DNA from: Octopus bimaculoides
Lineage: Eukaryota
Assembly: GCF_001194135.2 (NCBI RefSeq)
Contig: NC_068987.1
Coordinates: 96,647,327 to 96,711,326, forward strand
Direction of reading: 5' to 3'
Length of the DNA stretch: 64,000 bases
The notes below the pieces were generated by a model, which worked only from the letters and a program-made list of their open reading frames with translations, made no database searches and was not told where the DNA came from. Of the stretch, positions 51,009 to 62,834 are shown piece by piece (within the stretch, counting starts at the first letter, position 1; each line of letters starts with the position of its first letter). A program made the translations under genes and the position numbers.

Positions 51009-51862
51009 TCATAAATATCTTAAATGCATATATATATATGTGTGTGTGTGTATGTGTGTATGTATCAATACAAAACTAATATATTTAGTTTACACTAAAC
51101 AGGAGAACTAGGATGCTAGCATCCTTTAAAGGATTATAGGACCTTAATGTGAATATGTGCATATATATGTACTTCCCAAAGTTTGCCATTATATATATAA
51201 CCATGTGTATATGTATAATTGTAGATTCATGTCTATATACTAATATTTAATGTCCATTTCCTCATGTTGGCGACCTTTACACACACACACACACGCACAA
51301 TATATATATATACCCGGCACTGTCTCGGCTGAAAAGTAAATGTTTGTAATGAAGTCGTATTCAGTTTAATAGAACGCTATTGAATTTATTGCTATCTAAT
51401 GCAGGAATGCCTGATGCACTGTGTTACAGATACATACCCAATAATATATTTCATAATCTGTATAAATGACATTTTGTCCAACTATATTCAAGAACACAGA
51501 ATTGAGTAAATGAAAGAAAAAACAAACATTTATTTCATTTTTAAAAAATTCATGATCGCCTTTAATTCTCAAAATAATTGGAAAATGAATAGAAAGTATG
51601 TTTTTCCATGATAGCAATGGTTGAACAACAGAATTTTTATGGACAGATGTCCTTCCTGTAGTCCAAACATACCTATTTTCTTCAGTAGAAGAATTTTAAT
51701 CCCAGAGCTAGCGGGCGATTTGCTAACAGGAAATGTCAATAAACAAGCATCACTGGTTGCAGCCCAGCCACAAATGGTGATGTAACTACTTGTAGCATAG
51801 CTCCCTACAGATGTAAACATTCACACAGAAGCACACGTGCTTCCTCTCTCTCTCTTTCTCTA

Positions 51863-51932
<70 letters not shown>

Positions 51933-52147
51933 TCATACAAATAATAAATGAGTATATGCATATATACGTACATGTATGTACATACCTACATCTACCTGTA
52001 TATATAGATGCATATCTGGATACAGCACATTACAAACAAAGCGTAGACAAAATGATAAATGAGTACAGAAAACACACAGGCCACAATAGAGAACATCTCC
52101 TTCATCAGCTGCCCCCATTCTAACACAGGCGTTTCGAAGAGTAGTGC

Positions 52148-52180
<33 letters not shown>

Positions 52181-52203
52181 GCGGGATCACTGCCAGAGCA
52201 GCT

Positions 52204-52601
52204 ATCAGGCTTCCGTGCCGGTCGCACATAAAAAGCACCATTTGAGCGTGATCATTACCAGCGTTGCCTTACTGGCACTTGTGTCGGTGGCATGTGAGCA
52301 AAACATTCGAGCGAGGTCATTGCCAGTGCCGCTGGACTGACTCCTGTGCAGGTGGCACGTAAAAAACACCATTTGAGTGTGGCTGTTGCCAGTTCCGCCA
52401 GACTGGCCTTTGTGCCAGTGGCACGTAAAAGCACCCACTACACTCGGAGTGGTTGGCGTTAGGAAGGGCATCCAGCTGTAGAAACTCTGCCAGATCAGAT
52501 TGGACCCTGGTGCAGCCATCTGGTTCGCCAGTCCTCAGTCAAATTGTCCAACCCATGCTAGCATGGAAAGCAGATGTTAAACGATGATGATGATGATGAT
52601 G
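52204..52601 (+). mobile_element. Family C RTE-tail repeat, longest copy, with ~60-bp tandem units
   Basis: Four imperfect gtgccggtggcacgtaaaagcacc units, then gagtggttggcgttaggaagggcatccagctg and (GAT)n tail. Confidence 0.88.
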
Positions 52602-53892
52602 AATGTGCTGCTTTCAGTTTGTCTTCCATATTCCATCACAAGGCATTAGTCAGCCTGGGGCTATAGTAGAAGACAGTGCTCATGGTACTGCACAGTTGGA
52701 CTTAGCCTGATGCCACATGGTTGATAAGTGAGTTTCTGAACCACAGTTATAACTGAACCCACAACTATGCCTGTAGGTGCAGACATAGCTGTGTGGTTTC
52801 CATGCTCTGGAAACATCACTCTTATAATATGAAGAAATCAGAGTGCATTGAGGAGACCTACAGATGCAAATATTGGAACTGCAATACATGCTGTGATAAA
52901 GAAATTACATTAAGAGTTGCAGTGGAACCCAGCTTGTATGATATAAGTAACCATTGTAGCCTTGAGAATTCTGAACATTGTCATGTCAGCACCTCAAGAG
53001 GTATAATGTTTTTTTTTTTAATTTTATTTTACCAATCAACATATAAATAACAAGATTATAGAAACTTCCAACTTGAGCATCCCACATAGAATTGGTCATT
53101 ATTAAAACCATTCTTCAAGATGCAGTCCAACATGTCAGTGTTTGTTCTTGGCTTTATTGATTGACATGGCAATGCTTAGCTGTTCTGCAAATTGAAGTCT
53201 CCTAAATCAAAAGGGCATGTTCATATATAATTTGCACCTTTTCTTTTGGTGCACCAAGTGAGTCTAGTAATCCTGATGACATATGGTATAAGCTTCATTT
53301 ATTTTACTCCATTGCATCACCACAGTGGTCTATGTTATGTAGCAACATTATTGGAGATCCTCCTTTTTATTTACTGCCATCTGTAGTGCAGTTGGTCTAA
53401 CTGAAGGATAATGAATGTGAACTATTTCTTCCTGACCTAGGAAAGTGGATGTTAAAATGTATAAAAATTAGTAGTTTAATTCATGGACTATAATGTTTCA
53501 TAAATATAACCCCGTACCAGTGGCACATAAAAAGCATCATTCATGTGTGGTCGATGCCAGTACCACCTGACTGGCCCTCGTGTCGGTGGCATGTAAAAAG
53601 CACCCATTACACTCTTGGAGTGGTTGGCATTAGGAAGGGCATCAAGCTGTAGAAACTTTGCCAGATTGGATTGGAGTCTGGTGCAGCCATCTGGCTTGCC
53701 AGCCCTCAGTCAAACCATCCAACCCATGCCAGCATGGAAAGTGGACGTTAAACAACAATGATGATGAAACAGATTTAAATGTAAACCAGTTATGGGCAGA
53801 TTGAATGCAGCATTGTGTTTGAAGTACAATGCTGCATGGTAATGAGACATGAGCTTTGAATACAGAGGATTTGCTAAAACTAGGAAGAAATA

Positions 53893-53986
53893 AATAATGG
53901 AGTACAAATGAGATGAAAGAAATGAATAATGGAGTACAAATGAGATGAAAGAAATGAATAATGGAGTACAAATGAGATGAAAGAAA
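53893..53986 (+). repeat. 32-bp tandem repeat x3
   Basis: aataatggagtacaaatgagatgaaagaaatg repeated exactly. Confidence 0.95.
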
Positions 53987-54878
53987 AACTGGATGTATGA
54001 GGAATCATCTGTAGTGTGGTCAACAGAGGGTTATATAGATATGAGTATGAGATGCATATAAATGATAACAGCTACCTGAAAAAGTGTGTATGTGTATATA
54101 TTTTATCATCATCATCACTACCATCATCATTATTTAACATCTGCTTTGCATACTGTCATGGGTTGGATGGTTTGATAGGGTCTGACAAGTCAGGTTGAGC
54201 TCTAATATTTGCTTTGGCAAGATTTCTATGACTGAATGCCCTTCCTAATCCCAACCACTTTACAGGGTGTACAGGGTGCTTTTTTTCATGGCACCAGCAC
54301 TGGTGAGGTCAACAATCAGTTGCAAAACAAGGCCCCTTAACTGAGTGGGGTGCAATATATTGATGTGGCTTTGTGCCAGGTGTTGAGAAGCTAATGTATG
54401 ATAGGAAGATAGGAACAGATGTCTTGTGGTTTAGGCGATAGATGGCTACTCAAGCAAGAAAGGGAGAAAGTATAGTGGAAATGAGATGCTAGGATGTACC
54501 TGCAAGGTACAAGAAGGTGGATAAAGTGAAAATAAGGACAGAGAATGAATGAAGGCTTGCTGGCTGGTGATTTTTTTGTGAGTGTGAAGGAGAGTAACAG
54601 ATGGTTTGAGATGGGTATAGAGGTGATTGCAGTAAATGGTGAACATGGTAAGAGGCATGATCGATGGTGAATCTCAGTTTGCAGGGGAAAGTAAAGGAAA
54701 ATAATACTGTGTCAGGAAAGAGGAGGTGGTAGGTTACATTACATAAAATGTGGGAGAGGTGGAGAGCAACAGTATAATAAAACTATAGATAGATGAGAAA
54801 TAGCGAGATGATGTGAAGAGCATTGCTTGTATGACATTGATATTCATTTACAACAATCAAGTTTTGTCAAAGCAATGT

Positions 54879-54928
<50 letters not shown>

Positions 54929-55060
54929 CATATATGTTTGGGCTTCTTTCATTTTCTATCTGCCTTCATCAATAATAAATCTTTACCAACTGAAAGAAGT
55001 TGGTGGGTGGGCACACATGCATGGGTATGCCTACACACACACACACATACATACATACAT

Positions 55061-55606
55061 GTAAACGCAATAGACCTGATATAATGATTTGGGATAGAGA
55101 AGAGAAGCTGTACAGTTGTGGAAATCATCTGCCCAATGGATGTTAACATAAAGCTGAAGATCAGTGAAAAAGAGAATACCTATGCTGAACTATCGATAAA
55201 TCTGCAGTTGCTCTATCTAGATTACAAGTTCAGGTTTATATCTGCAATCATTGGGACACTGGGATATGTAACACACTGCCTAAATACCAATCTTGAGAAA
55301 TTAGGCTTCTCAAAACCAGAATTGAGAAAGCTGATTCGAAGACTAAAGACCCAAGCCATCACTGGAACTGCAAAAATCTGAAAAACTTTCCAGAAGTTTA
55401 ACATTTAAGTATATATCAGCCTGTCTAGATATGCATAAAAAAACATACATAAAACAAAACCTACAAATCTGCATGTATACATACAGGCATGCATACAAAA
55501 ATACCCTGTTGTTGATGTTGAAATCCCAATGAAGAAGCCTTGGACCTAGGTTAGAAACCAACTCTTTCTCTGTTGGCAAGAAATCTTGAAATAAAACTGA
55601 ACAATG
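55061..55606 (+). mobile_element. R4/Dong-clade RLE element 3' end (same family as 31074)
   Basis: KRNRPDIMIWDREEK..VEIICPMDVN..EKENTYAEL..IIGTLGYV..QAITGTAKI, then ~200-bp 3'UTR ending in (AC)10. Confidence 0.85.
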
Positions 55607-57142
55607 ACACACACACACACACACACGTCTACCCACCCATCTGATTGTCTGTCTGCTTGTATGACTTCCTGTCCATGGTTGAATTAACAAGCTTGTCAGC
55701 AGCTGCCTGTATTTTGCAAGCCTTCCTTCTCCACTTCACCCTCTGTATATATACAAATCTTATATGCATCCCATATAACCTATATACTATAAGAGTACAT
55801 ACCATACTGTGATATAGAAATACAAATAAGGTAGATGTGTTTGTCATATGAGATCATTACAAAATAAATAGCTATCAAACCGAATTGTAGTAGCTAATTT
55901 AATTTACTATTTTTCATTCAGATGTAGTGTTTAGAAATATATTATCCAATATGTCCATTATCTTAAGAGATTTGGCTGCTATATCTAACAGGTCATGTAG
56001 CCTTGTACAGGCTCACCTATTGACTTGTAACTGATGTAGTTATTTTTTGGTCCCAGGTGACTTATTCTGAATAAACGTTATTAAATACATTACAGTCTAG
56101 GGTGGTGGGCTAGTGGAAATTCTAAGGTATCAAAAGGGGTACCTTCCTGTATTTCTTCTAGTTCTTTGTGTTCCAAGTTCAAATCTTGCTTTAATCTACC
56201 TGGGTTGTAAATGCAATCCATTGCCTGTTTTAACACCACGACATGGTCCTTGGGCAACAATTGGTAATCAAACCTAAAATATAAGACTTCTTTGTAAATA
56301 CTTATCTTCTATCTTGTTTCAGTAGTTGGACTGCAGCCACACTGGGGCACTGCTTTGTCGTGTTTTAGTTGAACAGATAAACTTCAGTGCTTATTTTTAA
56401 GTTTGATGCTTATTCTATTGGTCTCTTTTGCCAATCTACTAAGTTATGAGGTTGTAAACAAACCAACACTGATTGCCAAGTGGGCGGGGTGGGAAACACA
56501 TGTACAAAGACACACACACACACACACATGCATATGATAGTGGGCACAGGAATCTTGGTTGACCATGGCACAGATATAAGGATAAGCTGAAGAGTAACCT
56601 CTCAGCAGTGAAGATAGCTCATGACACGTTTGAGTGAACAAAATGGAGATTGTCGCGTCAAAATGGTATCAGAAACTTTGTTGCAAACAGTATTAACGGG
56701 CTTAGGAGTGCAAGCCAAAGGAGAAAAGTGGGTGAAAATATACCACCTGCACTGACCTGTAATCTTTATACTTGCAGCATCTGTAGCCTTCTTTGCAAAT
56801 CGTTGGTGTGACTTAAATGCCGTATTTAACATAAGCATTGCGACTGACAATGAAAGAGGAGGTTGTCAGATCCTCGTATGTCGAAACCGATGGGAGAGTT
56901 CATCATATATACATATATATATGTATATATGAAAGATTGTATGATGCATGTATATGGACAGCAATTCTACATGGTAGTGAGATATGGGCCCTGAATGCAG
57001 AGGTTTTAGAGGCTGTTGGACCAACTTGAAAATTTCGCGTGAGGTAGACCAAGGAAAAGGTGGAGAAAGAGATTGGGAGGGTTTTACTTTGTGTCTTCTT
57101 GCGTTCTGAGTTCAATTTTCACAGTAATCACCTTTATTTATA

Positions 57143-57558
57143 GGCAAAGGAGTGGCTGTGTGGTAAGTAGCTTGCTTACGAACCACATGGTTCTGGGTTC
57201 AGTCCCACTGCTTGGCACCTTGGGCAAGTGTCTTCTACTATAGCCTCGGGCCGACCAAAGCCTTGTGAGTGGATTTGGTAGACAGAAACTGAAAGAAGCC
57301 CGTCGTATATATGTATATATATATATGTGTGTGTGTATATGTTTGTGTGTCTGTGTTTGTCCCCCCAACATCGCTTGAGAACCGATGCTGTGTGTTTACG
57401 TCCCCATAACTTAGCGGTTCGGCTAAAGAGACCGATAGCATAAGTACTAGACTTACAAAGAATAAGTCCTGGTGTCAATTTCTTCGGCTAAAACTCTTTA
57501 AGGCAGTGCTCTAGCATGGCCACAATCAACTGACTGAAACAAGTAAAAGAATAAAAGA
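57143..57558 (+). mobile_element. SINE family A, near-complete young copy
   Basis: High identity to the 44527 copy over ~415 bp. Confidence 0.92.
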
Positions 57559-57560
57559 TG

Positions 57561-57812
57561 TGCAGTGGCACGTAAAATACACCATTTCGAGTGTAGCCGT
57601 TGCCAGGATCCTCTGACTGGCCTTTGTGCCGGTGGCACGTAAAAGCACCCACTACACTCCCTGAGTGGTTGGCGTTAGGAAGGGCATCCAGCTTTAGAAA
57701 CTCTGCCAAATCAGATTGGAGCCTGGTGTAGCCATCTGGTTTTCACCAGTCCTCAGTCAAATCGTCCAACCCATGCTAGCATGGAAAGCAGACGTTAAAT
57801 GATGATGATGAT
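57561..57812 (+). mobile_element. Family C RTE-tail repeat
   Basis: As 52204. More copies at ~6400, 7480, 11320, 16330, 16640, 18980, 29830, 37340, 41140, 42440, 43650, 45345, 46075, 53511 and 54105. Confidence 0.88.
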
Positions 57813-57988
57813 ATGCTTAAGAAATGTGTGCTTATATGATACATATGTATGATAATATGCTTTTCTGTGCAAGCTTGTGTAGTCTACAAACTAGAATCAC
57901 TGCTTTCCATTCTAGACAATCAAAACGTATAAAAGTACAAGGATTGACTCTAGTTATTTATGTCATGCACCCTTCCACCCCCACCCTC

Positions 57989-58074
<86 letters not shown>

Positions 58075-58920
58075 TCATTGCCTGCATTTCATTTAGCAGC
58101 AGATGTTACTAGTGCACTTTTATGCCTATATTGATGTTGAGGTGGAGACTTGTGAAAGAAAGTTTTCCTCTTAGTAATAGTTACTGCATAGTTTGGGTTT
58201 GTTGCTGTTGTATTTTTCTTGTTTCTTCTCTGTATGGCTGTTCTTGTTATTGTTGTTGTTGCTCTCATTTACTTTCTCTCTCTCTCTCTTTGCTTCTTCT
58301 ATACACATGTTCCACACTCAATCACTGTTTCTCTATATTTATGTATATGTGTCTGTACCAGTGGTTCTTAATATGAGGGAGAGTTCTGAACTTATAGGGG
58401 CAGGAGTAAATTGTTAGAGGGATTGTTATGAGGTGGATACTGGCTGTTGAGAGTGTCAAGAAATAAAACATTTTAATGAGGACACTGCTTGTTTTTCAAC
58501 ATATTTTCAAAAAGATCTTTGTCAAGACTAAAATGTAAATAGGACATTGTATTATCATAGAGTTGAAACATGATGGATGATGTATCATGGTCCAATATAA
58601 ATTTCATCATATAAGTCCACACCTTCTTTAGTAATTTCCTCAAGAATTTTACAAAAGGAACACTAATCCGCACAAATATTTAAAGGGAGGTGCATGCTGG
58701 TTATGATAAGAAAATACAGATAACAATCTTCATTTTGACTTTTTTTTTTCGTTTTGTTTAGCAAAGCATATAGCAGCAGCATTTGTAAAATGCTATTCAA
58801 TGAAAGTGGCTACAGAGGTATAAAAGCCTGAGAAACTCTGGTCTATATGCAAGTGTTCCTTTCATTTTGTGTTTATGTGCAATTATTATTGTGTATTTTT
58901 GTGTTCATAGATTATTTTTT

Positions 58921-59335
58921 TATTCTTTTACTTGTTTCAGTCATTTGACTGTAGCCATGCTGGGGTACCACCTTTAGTCGAGCAAATCGACCCCAGGACT
59001 TGTTCTTTGTAAGCCTAGTACTTATTCTATTTTTTTCTGAACTGTTAAGTTACGGGGACGTAAACACACCAGCATCGGTTGTCAAGCAATGTTGGGGTTG
59101 GTGGGGGGGTCATGTACAGACACACAAACATATGCACACACATACATACATACACATATATATATGTGTATATGCAACGGACTTCTTTCAGGTTCCGTCT
59201 ACCAAATCCACTCTTAAGGCTTTTGGTCGGCCTGAGGCTATAATAGAAGACACTTGCCCAACGTGCCACACAGTGGGACTAAACCCAGAGCCATGTGGTT
59301 GGTAAGCAAGCTACTTACCACATAGCTGCTCCTGC
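58921..59335 (-). mobile_element. SINE family A, near-complete copy
   Basis: Reverse complement of the 57143 copy. Further partial copies at ~12320, 21455, 21920, 25480, 37590, 39060, 43930, 47810, 52610 and 56320. Confidence 0.9.
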
Positions 59336-59789
59336 ATGGAAGTGATATAGACTAAGGAAGATCTGTAACAAACAACTTAAATGGGTAATAAATGATTTAC
59401 AGTGATCTGTGTTGGCAGCATTTAGTAGAAGGGTTAAATAATTTCATTTTGTGTGCAGTGCGCAGAATCTAATTAGGTTTTGTCTTTCATCTGAAAGTAA
59501 CAAAAAGAGGAAAATGTGGTGTCGTCATTTGGACTCTAGACAAGGCTACATTTTCTTCCTTTCCTCTGTCTTATATGAAAGGCAAAGCCTGAAAATTATA
59601 CTCTACACTCTTCACTGCAAATAAACTTATCAAGCTCTCCTTTAGAAAGGTTTCTCAGGGAAGAACTCTTGATATCAAAGTAAAATAATGGCCACTTTGT
59701 GCTCCAATTTTATCTATACCAGCATGAAATCAAGAATAATTTCTCAGGTTGCTTCTTATGACTAAACTTTTTCAAAGGATAAGAATAGG

Positions 59790-59970
59790 TAAGTGAATTG
59801 GCTTCAATATATGGCTTTATATTCTGAGTTCAAATTCCACCGAGGTTGACTTTACCTTTCATCCTTTCAGGGTTGATAAATTAAGTACCAGTTGTGTACT
59901 GGGGTCAATCTAATTGACTGCCCCCCCCTCCCTCAAAATTTCGGGCCTTGTGCCTAGAGTAGAAAAGAAT
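59790..59970 (+). mobile_element. SINE family B copy
   Basis: ttctgagttcaaattccaccgaggttgac...ggccttgtgcctagagtagaaaagaat. Other partial copies at ~1470, 7360, 8780, 18780, 28480, 29000, 29600, 32000, 32390, 44075, 62330 and 62460. Confidence 0.85.
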
Positions 59971-60189
59971 ATATGACTTTTGTTTATTTCATCAGCTTCC
60001 AGGGCATGAAAGAGAATACCAACTGTAGTAAGATTGGAACTCAGAAGATAAAGGCTTGTTACTAAATGTTACAACATTTTCTTTACTCTATAACTATCAT
60101 TTTTGCCATTCCACCTCACTTATGGTTATAACCTCAATATATTATTATTATACTGCAACTTGACTAAATATGGTTTACAGTTATATAGT

Positions 60190-60918
60190 TTAACCTTTTT
60201 GATACCAATCTGCCTGAGATCACTCCTGGTTTTATGAAACAAACCCCCAATTTTTAAAGTGGAGGAATTTCAACCATGTTTCGTGGTCTGCTACCACAAC
60301 AACTCCTTTATAGGATCCAGTTAGCTCAAGACATCATCAGGAGGAACCACGTCTGGTTTCGGCCCCTACTCCTCTACCGTTTTGACGTGACGGGGCCACC
60401 CCCTTTCGGAGGTGTCTTCAGCTCTGGTGTTGGGTGCATGTCTTCTTTCTTCTATTCCCTGGCCTGNNNNNNNNNNNNNNNNNNNNNNNNNNNNNNNNNN
60501 NNNNNNNNNNNNNNNNNNNNNNNNNNNNNNNNNNNNNNNNNNNNNNNTGGAGGAATTTCAACCATGTTTCGTGGTCTGCTACCACAACAACTCCTTTATA
60601 GGATCCAGTTAGCTCAAGACATCATCAGGAGGAACCACGTCTGGTTTCGGCCCCTACTCCTCTACCGTTTTGACGTGACGGGGCCACCCCCTTTCGGAGG
60701 TGTCTTCAGCTCTGGTGTTGGGTGCATGTCTTCTTTCTTCTATTCCCTGGCCTGATATAAATTAAAACCTGCCATCAGAATTTCTTGTTGATTTATGTTT
60801 GAAACACCACCTTAATAATGCCAACGACAAAGTTATTTTACTAAATTCTTCATTATTTTCAAAAGTAATTGAAACAAACACAGTGTATTTTAACAGAAAT
60901 ATGGTAGTAAAAGGCATA
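60190..60918. mobile_element. TTAA/piggyBac-type MITE interrupted by the 207-bp ribozyme-like insertion
   Basis: Left TTAA-CCTTTTTGATACC, right GGTAGTAAAAGG-CATAA (imperfect TIR). Confidence 0.45.
60260..60754 (-). ncRNA. 207-bp element (twice, either side of an N gap) with two hammerhead-like cores; Penelope pLTR / retrozyme-like
   Basis: Minus strand: CTGAAGA(60421-15)...GAAAC(60360-56)-CA-GACG-TG-GTT and CTGATGA(60340-34)...GAAAC(60282-78)-ATG-GTT, with foldable stems II. Confidence 0.5.
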
Positions 60919-62834
60919 AACATTAAACAATGAGAGATCAAACACACAATTTTCCTAAGTGACTAAAGTGTGGCTTGGGCTGAAGTCCAGTGTGTGAATA
61001 TGTCACACTTATTCCTACTGTAAATGAACTTACTTTAAACATAACATGTGCTTTCTGTTTCAAGTGGGGTTTCACTTGATTTTAGTATTGTTATTGCTTT
61101 ATCAGGCCTTAGTAACACATTTGAAAGTATGCAATAATATAAAAACATAATTTTGTGTGTGTGTGTGTGTGTGAGAGAGAGCGAGAGAGAAGGAATGCTT
61201 TTGCATTTATTAACAAACCAGATTATTGTTTCACAATAGAAAAAGTGGGTAAGTTGATATAACTTTTCTTTCACTTGTTTTGTTTTATTGATGAGCTGAT
61301 CTCGGTGCTTGAAAATCTGTTTAAATAGAAAAGAGTGAAGTCTTTTAACCCAGTTTCCTTAGATGCAAAAAAATATAAAGTTTTCCTTTTTATGAATTGA
61401 ATTTAGGTTAAGTGAACATGGTTGATGGTCTTGTTTTTTGTTTTGCTTTGGGTTTTTTGCCATGCATTGTTGAGTCATGAGACTCTCAACATCATCATCT
61501 CTCTCTTGTTTGCTCATGACATAGGAATTAGAAAATGTCAATTATGTAATGCCCATCCTTTTAAAATTTAGCTTGAAATGGAGTTAAATTCAATACTGTC
61601 AAATATTATAATAAATAATAGTCAATTTTATAATGCTGCACTATGTGTTTGTGTATTTCACGTTATAATCCTTTCTTTCATATATCATGTGATGTGACAT
61701 TTTCAAGCTATTTTATTCATAGATGATTTAATATCCTTTCATTTCAACTTGGGGTGAATATTGCTAATGAGTCAGTCATATTGTGCACTTGATCTGAGAT
61801 TAATAAAGCTAGCAAGTTGATCTTACAATTTCTTCATTTGATCTGGGATTAATAGGGCTAGTGAATTGATCATGTGTCCTGTTAACTTCATCTGGGATTA
61901 ACAGAATTAATAAGTTGATTATATGTTTTGTACCTTCAAACATGGATTTGTTGTAATCAATTGATCCCAGCTTATATTATCAGAACTTGAATCTTACAGA
62001 AATTTGAACTGGCTTTAGTTCCAGAACAATAACAATTTATTTTAATAGTGATACTACTATCAATGGAAGCCGTGCGGTTGTCTTATTGCTTTGTACTCTT
62101 GAATTTAAAGGTTGATGGTTTGTATCTCCAACACCGTTCTTCTTTGGTCATAGTTAATACTCTTGACACTTGTTTTGTAATGTCTTCTTTATATTTTTAC
62201 AGAAAAAGTGTGAAAGGAATTGTTATTAATATTATTGCAGTGAATTGACAGAATCCTAAGCACATTTAAAAATTGCATTGGGTTATTTGTTCCAGCTCTT
62301 TACATTCCAAGTTTAAATCTTGCTGTGGTCAACTTTATCTTTCATCCTTTCAGGGTTGATAAAATAAAAGACCATTAAAAGATTGGAGCTGATGGTATCA
62401 ACTTCCCTTCTCAAAATTGCTGGCCTTGACAGAATTGTTAAAATGTTGGAGAAATATCTTATATTTGTTCCAGCATTTTGCATTCTGAGTTCAAATCCTG
62501 CTGAGGTCATCTTTGTTTTTTATCTTCCTGGATGATAGGGTCAATAAGATAACTATTTTATCAACTAGGGTTGATAAAATAAAGTACTGATCAATAACTG
62601 GATATGATTGGATAATCCCCACCACTTAATTTCTGGCTTTGTCCCTCTATTAGAAACTATTATTATTAGTTCTGTTACATCACCAAAGTTTAGGTCTTTG
62701 AATTCATATTCTTGATAATGTCTATTAATACCCTTTTAGACCTTAAAAAAAAACAAAAAAAGGACTGAGGTATTTTACAAACAAATTGTTTTTAATGTTA
62801 AAGTCTGGAAATGTTTTAACTCCTAAACATTATT

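Noticed and set aside
52000-52140. Type II hammerhead arrangement (GAAAC upstream of CTGATGA, minus strand)
   Set aside because: Stem II can form but no stem I hairpin; treated only as a Penelope-like remnant.
52215-52440. CRISPR-like repeat-spacer array
   Set aside because: Units are degenerate contiguous tandem repeats of a retroposon 3'UTR with no unique spacers or cas genes; eukaryotic context.
60276-60755. 159-aa ORF with an apparent internal duplication
   Set aside because: It reads through Ns across two identical copies ending at the gap edges; no protein homology is evident and it is likely a contig-overlap artefact.
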